From Octopus bimaculoides (lineage: Eukaryota): a stretch of DNA of 40,244 nt. Positions 33,665-40,244 of the stretch are shown here, piece by piece. Where the stretch lies: positions 19,604,789-19,645,032 of the forward strand of contig NC_069004.1 in assembly GCF_001194135.2 (NCBI RefSeq), written 5' to 3'. A model generated the notes under the pieces. The model had not been told where the DNA came from, did not search any database, and saw nothing but the letters and a program-made list of their open reading frames with translations. How positions within the stretch are numbered: the stretch's first letter is position 1; every line of letters begins with the position of its first letter. The position numbers and the translations under genes were made by a program.

Positions 33665-34659
33665 CTTCAAGCAAACCTTCACACTTTGCTATTCATGGAT
33701 TTCCTGCAGATGTTTGCACTGGACATCAGTAAGTCTGCGAGAGCTTGCAGAGGTAATGGGCATTGCCCTCATTCCCTAATCAACAATTTATGGTCTTGTG
33801 CCAGTGAAAGAAATCAATATGAATATGTTGAGGCTGGTACAAGGTAGCAGTGCACTCTGAGGTTAATGGCTATTATATACAGCATTAAGTTTCTTTATTC
33901 TCGCTTTACAGTAATGTTTACATTGTTTATCATCCCTCTGGGTTTCATAAATAAAGTACCAGTATTAAGGTTGGTTTATCAACAGACCCCCCCCCCCCCN
34001 NNNNNNNNNNNNNNNNNCGCCTTTCTGCGACAAGAAGTGTCTTTCCTTCTAAGAAATCATTGCTTTGCCAACTCAGTAAGCAAAGCTCTTTGTGGTTGCT
34101 CAACCTGCTAGAAACACCAACCAAATCTCCCTCAAACACCCTTACCATCTTAAAATATCAAAGGCACATTGGATAATAAATAATATGGTCACAGCCTTTG
34201 ATCATAAGTCTGCTTAATTATGATTGATATGGAGTTAACAGTAACACCAATTAGTATTTTGATTAAGCATATTTGTCATTGGTCTTGCTATGTTCTTTCC
34301 ATCTTCTCTAGTTTTTATTCTTACAACTATTCATCCCCTGTATTTCCCATAATCCTAAACTATTATACTCCAGAGAATCATATTTACCTGTCGCCAGGTA
34401 AATATATCCAAGTATTGTTGATCTCTTCCTGTTCATATATTATACATACCTTTGGTCATCTTCAGAGTCATTTTTATTTATTTATTCTTGAGTGAAAAAC
34501 TGCAGTTGATGTATTTTTGTTTGTAGCTCATTTATATTGTTACATAATTTTTCTTATTAATCAGGTCTGTTTGCTGGTGTACAGCCCTGTTATTTCATAT
34601 CTTTCTAGGTTAAAAATAAAAGGGGGAACAAATGCTTTTTAAATGTAAAAAAATGTAAG

Positions 34660-34790
34660 TGCAGGCATGGCTGTGTGGTAAGAAGCTTGCTTCCTAACCA
34701 CATGATTCTAGGTTCAGTTCCATTGCGTGGCACCTTGAGCAAGTCTCTTCTATAGCCATGGGCCAACCAAAGCCTTCTGAGTGGGACAAT
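34660..34790 (+). mobile_element. SINE family A, head fragment (other fragments at ~34985-35160 - and ~37490-37625 +)
   Basis: gcaggcatggctgtgtggtaagaagcttgcttcc. Confidence 0.7.
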
Positions 34791-35449
34791 CATGTAATTT
34801 TTCAAAAATCATAGAACCTTAATGTAAATTTTACAGACAAACCTTGTGACTCTAATTTTAATAAGACAGTAAATGCAAAATTATTTCAGACAGAGAATGT
34901 ATTCATCCAAAAAAAAACCCCCAAAAAACATAATTTATTGTTTTGAAAATGATGTATACTATTTTTGGCTGGATGTTATGGGGTTTTAAACAAACCAACA
35001 CCAGTTGTCAAATTGTGGTGGGGACAAACACACACAACACACATTCTCCCCCCTCTCTCTCACACACACAAGATATTTGCTAGTCTAGGGCGAAAGTAGT
35101 GTTCAAGGTGCCATGCAGTGGGATTAAACCCAAAACCATGTAGTTGCAAAGCCGTCTTCTTATCTCCTTGAAACCCCAGAATTTTGTCACTGAGCTCATT
35201 TTGAGAAACACTGAAAAACAGAAAAACTTACTGTAGATTTGAAATCAAGAAGCTTCTACTGTCATAGCTATGCCATTTTTAGATGCTTTGGGGAAGCTGG
35301 ATGCATGTTCTTATTATCTTACATGTTCCTCTGGCACTTCATTCCCACTTCAACTATTTGCATGTTGCTAGTTATATTCTTTCTTCTCCAAATTCCAGCT
35401 GTGTATTCAATGACGTCACTTCCCAGTATAACTCTGGTTTTACAAGTAC

Positions 35450-35631
35450 TTAAGGGCACTCAAGTGGCACAATCGTTATAGTGTTGGGGAAAAGCATCTT
35501 GTGGTATTTGTTCTGGCTTTGTCCATTCTGAGTTCAACTTTGTGTTTCAATATGATAAAGTACCAGCCAAGTACTGAGGTTGATTAAATAATTTTCCCCA
35601 TTCAAATTTCTTACCTTGTGCCTGTCTAAGA

Positions 35632-35678
<47 letters not shown>

Positions 35679-36140
35679 AGGTGGTGGATTGGCAGAATCA
35701 GTAGAGCATTGGATAAAGTACTCTGCAGTATTACTTCTGGCTCTTTATATTCTGAGTTCAAAACCCACTGAGGCCAACTTACCCTTTCATCTCTCTGGGG
35801 TCTATAAAATAAAGTACAGGGATACCTCGGCTTTAGTCGTTCTCAAAGGCACAAAGTTTTCAAAAATAAAAACAAAAAACAAAAAAAAAAGTTGTTTTAC
35901 TCAACTTTACGTTGGTCCACCAATAATATTGGAATCGTAAAAACAGTAAAAGACATTAAAAGCACAAAATCGTGTTGCAATAAATATAAATAAAAGCATA
36001 TAAAATCATTCTTTTCTACTTTAGGCACAAGGCCCGAAATTTTGGGGTGGGGGGAAGTCAATTAGATTGACTCCAGTATGCAACTGGTACTTAATTTATT
36101 GACCCCAAAAGGACGAAAAGCAAAGTCGACCTTGGCGGCA
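35450..36140. mobile_element. Cluster of SINE family B copies (+35450-35635, +35680-35820, -36010-36140)
   Basis: Same head, B-box and central motifs. Confidence 0.65.
35633..35678. repeat. (AGT)n microsatellite
   Basis: Direct reading. Confidence 0.95.
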
Positions 36141-36469
36141 TATAAAATCATATTAAAATACAGTAAATGCTCAAATATACACCGTAAAGTAATGTAGTCT
36201 AGTTTACTAAAAGCATGAAGTCAGTTGTGTTGTCTTATTTATCTGTCTTTCGGAGCTCATATTGCATTAGTAGTTCCAATATCTGCTGTTAGGAATGGCT
36301 ATTAGCGATGTAAACACCATCAAATTGTATTTATTGGTAAATTTAAAATACTTTATTATTTTTTTTTTGTATTACAAAATAATAAATACATTTGTTTGTA
36401 AACTTAAAATAGGTTTTTATTATCAAAAATGCATTCATAAATAATGCACAGCACTGGGGAATGGCTATC

Positions 36470-36504
36470 AGCAGCTAAACGACTTAGGGTGAAGTATACC
36501 TGTA
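36470..36504. mobile_element. Tigger-like terminal inverted repeat remnant
   Basis: gtgaagtatacctg-TA; the reverse complement TA-caggtatacttc resembles the CAGGTATACCTCG-type TIR. Confidence 0.35.
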
Positions 36505-36594
36505 CTAGTCAAGTACTAGAATTGATTTAATTGACACTCCTCTCACCCATTTCAAACTTGATGTCTATGTTAGGAACAGTTATTACAAAATACG

Positions 36595-36795
36595 TTAACC
36601 CATTAGCATTTAAACTGGCTATGTCTTACTCTGATATCCTACCTGTCTTACGTTCAGATTGGCCAGATCCAGTTTCTCATACCTACCCTACAATGTCATT
36701 CTAAAAATAAAATAATCATATCAAAATTTCAAAGCTAAAGGATAATACATAAACAAGCATTGCATTTGATGGAGCAATCTGAATGCTAAAGGGTT
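36595..36795 (-). mobile_element. piggyBac-type MITE family 1
   Basis: ttaacccattagcatt...aatgctaaagggtt. Confidence 0.75.
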
Positions 36796-37659
36796 TTTTT
36801 TTTCCTGCTGCTTTCACAGATTCTCATAACTCTGTTGCCATCCAATTCCATTATTATGAATTTGAATTGACAGCTTGAGTCATAATGAATCTTTCATTAG
36901 TTGATTACACAACCATTGACGCTGCCCCTATGGATGTGTTGCAGTTACCCTCTTGATAGAGCTTGGTAATCTTAACTGTCGATCTTCTTGGATCTCTCTG
37001 CTCATCATCAATGTAAGAAGCTCTGTTGGCTCAGTTGAGCTCTTCCACTACCTCTTCACAATCCTGCCATGCTGCAGTCCCATGACTTCACTGTATTCCG
37101 GGTGCTATGTCTTGCCAAACGGGAGCTCATTACTATGCAGGGCATAGTCGTCACTCCTTGAGGTATTTTCAAATAGCTGTTTACCCAAACTAAAGGGTAT
37201 GCAGGTATTTGAAACACTAAAGCATTAAATCTACTCTTGTTGTTTTGCTCCAAGCTAGCTCTGATTGAGCAGGAGTGTGATCAAAGCTGATTCAAGCATA
37301 ATATCCTGGTCTTTTAGTAGATTGATGCCTATTTTGTCTGTGTATGTCTTCTCTTTCTAAAACAGTCTGTGATTTGAGAGACTTTCTGACTACTATGTCT
37401 AACAGCTTAGACTTGACCCCGTTGCAACTCTATTCCTCCTTACATTCTACACTAGGTCTTATTTAATCACACGTGATGACTATGAGGTTAAGAAGTATGC
37501 TTCCCTGCTATATGTTCCGGTTTAGTCCCACTGTGCAGTACTTAGGGCAAGTGTCTTCTACTTTAGTCCTGGGCTGACCAAAGTCTTATGAATGGATTTG
37601 GTAGAAAGAAACTGAAAGAAGCCCATCATGTGTGTGTGCATGTTACCATTACCATTTCC

Positions 37660-37840
37660 TTGCAATGATATCAGGTGATGTCTGACCTTGGGAATATGTT
37701 ACCTCGCTTGGAAACGGGTGAAGGTTGGAGACAGGAAGGGCATCTGGTCATAGAAAAATTCACCTCGACAAAATTCCATCCAACCCATGCAAGCCTGGAA
37801 AAGTGGATGTTAAACTGGTGACAATGGTCATGATGATAAA
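37660..37840 (+). mobile_element. Repeat family D
   Basis: gttggagacaggaagggcatctggtcatagaaa...ccaacccatgcaagcctggaaaagtggatgttaaa. Confidence 0.6.
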
Positions 37841-39106
37841 GAGGATAATTACCTGCCTCTGTATGTGTGTTGTGTATGTATGCAGATGTGTGTTTCGTTT
37901 CTTACTTAAGCTATTTATTATTTGCTCCGTTAAAAGTATATTAGCTCCACAATAGTTCTTAGGTTCCTTTTAGCCAGCCATCACAGCTAAGGTCACGGTG
38001 GAATAGAACTTGTTTATTTATAGGTTGCAAAGAGCAAAAAAAAAATACACACACACACACACACGCATATATAATTAAAAAAATAAATTTTTAATGGAAA
38101 AATATAAATGAAAAAAAAAAAAGTTTTTTAAAAAAGAAAAATCTGCATCTACATTTTTGAATAACTTCAAAGAAACTTTTAGCAATGGTCTCCTTAAATA
38201 CTCAAGTATTTATTCATGGCAGCTTTTTATTTGCAATTAATTACGTTGTGTCTGTGTGTAAATACAAAGATAAATATACATATATGTATTGCACACACAC
38301 ACACACATATTTGCACATGCATGCNNNNNNNNNNNNNNNNNNNNNNNNNNNNNNNNNNNNNNNNNNNNNNNNNNNNNNNNNNNNNNNNNNNNNNNNNNNN
38401 NNNNNNNNNNNNNNNNNNNNNNNNNNNNNNNNNNNNNNNNNNNNNNNNNNNNNNNNNNNNNNNNNNNNNNNNNNNNNNNNNNNNNNNNNNNNNNNNNNNN
38501 NNNNNNNNNNNNNNNNNNNNNNNNNNNNNNNNNNNNNNNNNNNNNNNNNNNNNNNNNNNNNNNNNNNNNNNNNNNNNNNNNNNNNNNNNNNNNNNNNNNN
38601 NNNNNNNNNNNNNNNNNNNNNNNNNNNNNNNNNNNNNNNNNNNNNNNNNNNNNNNNNNNNNNNNNNNNNNNNNNNNNNNNNNNNNNNNNNNNNNNNNNNN
38701 NNNNNNNNNNNNNNNNNNNNNNNNNNNNNNNNNNNNNNNNNNNNNNNNNNNNNNNNNNNNNNNNNNNNNNNNNNNNNNNNNNNNNNNNNNNNNNNNNNNN
38801 NNNNNNNNNNNNNNNNNNNNNNNNNNNNNNNNNNNNNNNNNNTAGTTGGATCAGATGATGACCTTCCATTTGTTGGACAATGGCTAATCAATAAATCTAT
38901 TTACAGCAGTCTACTTGTATATAGCTTCACTGGTAACGAAGCATATATATATATTATCCTCGTTATTACTGCTGCTGCTGTTCTTGTTGTTGTTGACTAA
39001 TCACTTGCTTTCTGTATTTTGTCTGTTTAATTCATTTCAAAATAATATTTTGACATCTGCTATATATGTTCTTGAAGTTGTTGCTATTGAAACCGTTGTT
39101 GTTGTT

Positions 39107-39156
<50 letters not shown>

Positions 39157-39169
39157 TATTATTATTATT
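39107..39169. repeat. (CAT)n-(TAT)n microsatellite
   Basis: Direct reading. Confidence 0.95.
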
Positions 39170-40244
39170 TATATATGAAAATTTAATGTTGCTAAATTCA
39201 GGTTATTAGTAAAGAAATAAGATTACATATATTGATTGATATTATAAATTATTGCTTTGTCTTTTGTTTGGTTTTTGCTTTCAACTGTGTAATTAGTTAT
39301 TTAAAGTGTTTTTGTTGTTTGTATCTATCTACTTTACTTTTGTTCTCTCTCTCTCTCTCTCTCTCTCTGTTTGGCAGACAGACAATGCTTATGTCGATTG
39401 ATGCAAATTCTGAGACAATGACACTGGCATTGATCATAGCTCATCGATATGTAGAATATGAAATGTGTCACCTTAGTTTGTTTTAGTACATAGTGAAAAT
39501 GGTGTTAAAATTAATTTCACTTAAAGTAGTAGTGGCGGTGACGGTGGAGGATTCCCCCCCCCCTTCTTTTTCTTTTCTTTTCTTTGAAGCCAAAATCAAG
39601 TTGAATTTCATAGAGTTTTGAATAATCAATATTGTGAAAATTTCAATGTTTTAGTTTCTGCTGCTTTTGTCAGTTATTTCTGTTAATTAGATTTAATAGT
39701 AGGACATTTAGAATTTTCCTGATTGTATCAATATGTGAGTAGGAGGGGGGTGGAATTAAAGGCTAAACTTGTCTAATTAGCTTTATTGAATGAAATAATT
39801 GCTTTTTCCCCCTGTGTGTGTGTTTTTTTCCTCCTTTTCTTATGTTCCTAATTCCTTCCAAGATGTTTTCATTTACTTCTATTGTTGTTGTTATTGTTAT
39901 ACTCTTCGCTAGACATGATATTCACCACCGATGGGGGGGGGGGAGGCGATGGGCTGTTTTCAAATGAAGATTCCCTACTTCTCCACTACACTGCATTAAT
40001 AATAATTTATATAATTATAGGTGTTAAATACTACCAATTTTAAAGAACCGTATTATATTCTCTTCAATTGATGTTGTTCAACTTTGATTTTGGTTCATTA
40101 TATTTATTTCTCGAAAATATTTGGACAAAATTAATTTGATGAAGTTAATAATTGTAAAAAAACATTTTGTTGGAATCTAATGTTAATTAGATTGATATTG
40201 GACGAAATGCGAAAACCAAAATAATTGAATATACACCAAATGGA

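Larger units (their letters stand above)
19807..40244 (+). other. REV3L: Large REV3L intron (>20 kb); next exon not found in the window
   Basis: GTAAGC donor at 19807. No segment encoding the expected (G)QKTCxHxHGxFPY block was seen downstream. It could lie in an N-gap or beyond the window. Confidence 0.6.

Noticed and set aside
39378-39486. Acceptor after (CT)n followed by a short ORF
   Set aside because: The pyrimidine tract is a microsatellite, two of three frames stop quickly, and it has no REV3L similarity.

Overview
AT-rich eukaryotic genomic DNA with nine N-gaps. The repeat families and microsatellite load point to an octopus (coleoid cephalopod) draft assembly; this is inferred, not searched. 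The only host coding sequence I recognise is the first coding exon of REV3L (DNA polymerase zeta catalytic subunit) at 19683-19806 (+). It has a splice acceptor at 19633 and the conserved phase-1 donor. I could not find the next REV3L exon in the remaining ~20 kb. The rest is intron-like or intergenic DNA filled with several tRNA-derived SINE families, TTAA/piggyBac-type and hAT-type MITEs, a Tigger remnant, an R4/Dong-type LINE 3' end and an RTE-like fragment. It also holds a Penelope-like element with inverted pLTRs carrying hammerhead-like cores. The most notable observations are the paired hammerhead-like motifs, several local fold-back hairpins, the uORF-containing but in-frame-open REV3L leader, and candidate frame-preserving cassette exons. 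I found no demonstrably new biological system. All analysis was by eye, and repeat boundaries are approximate (about +/-20 bp) unless TSDs are quoted.
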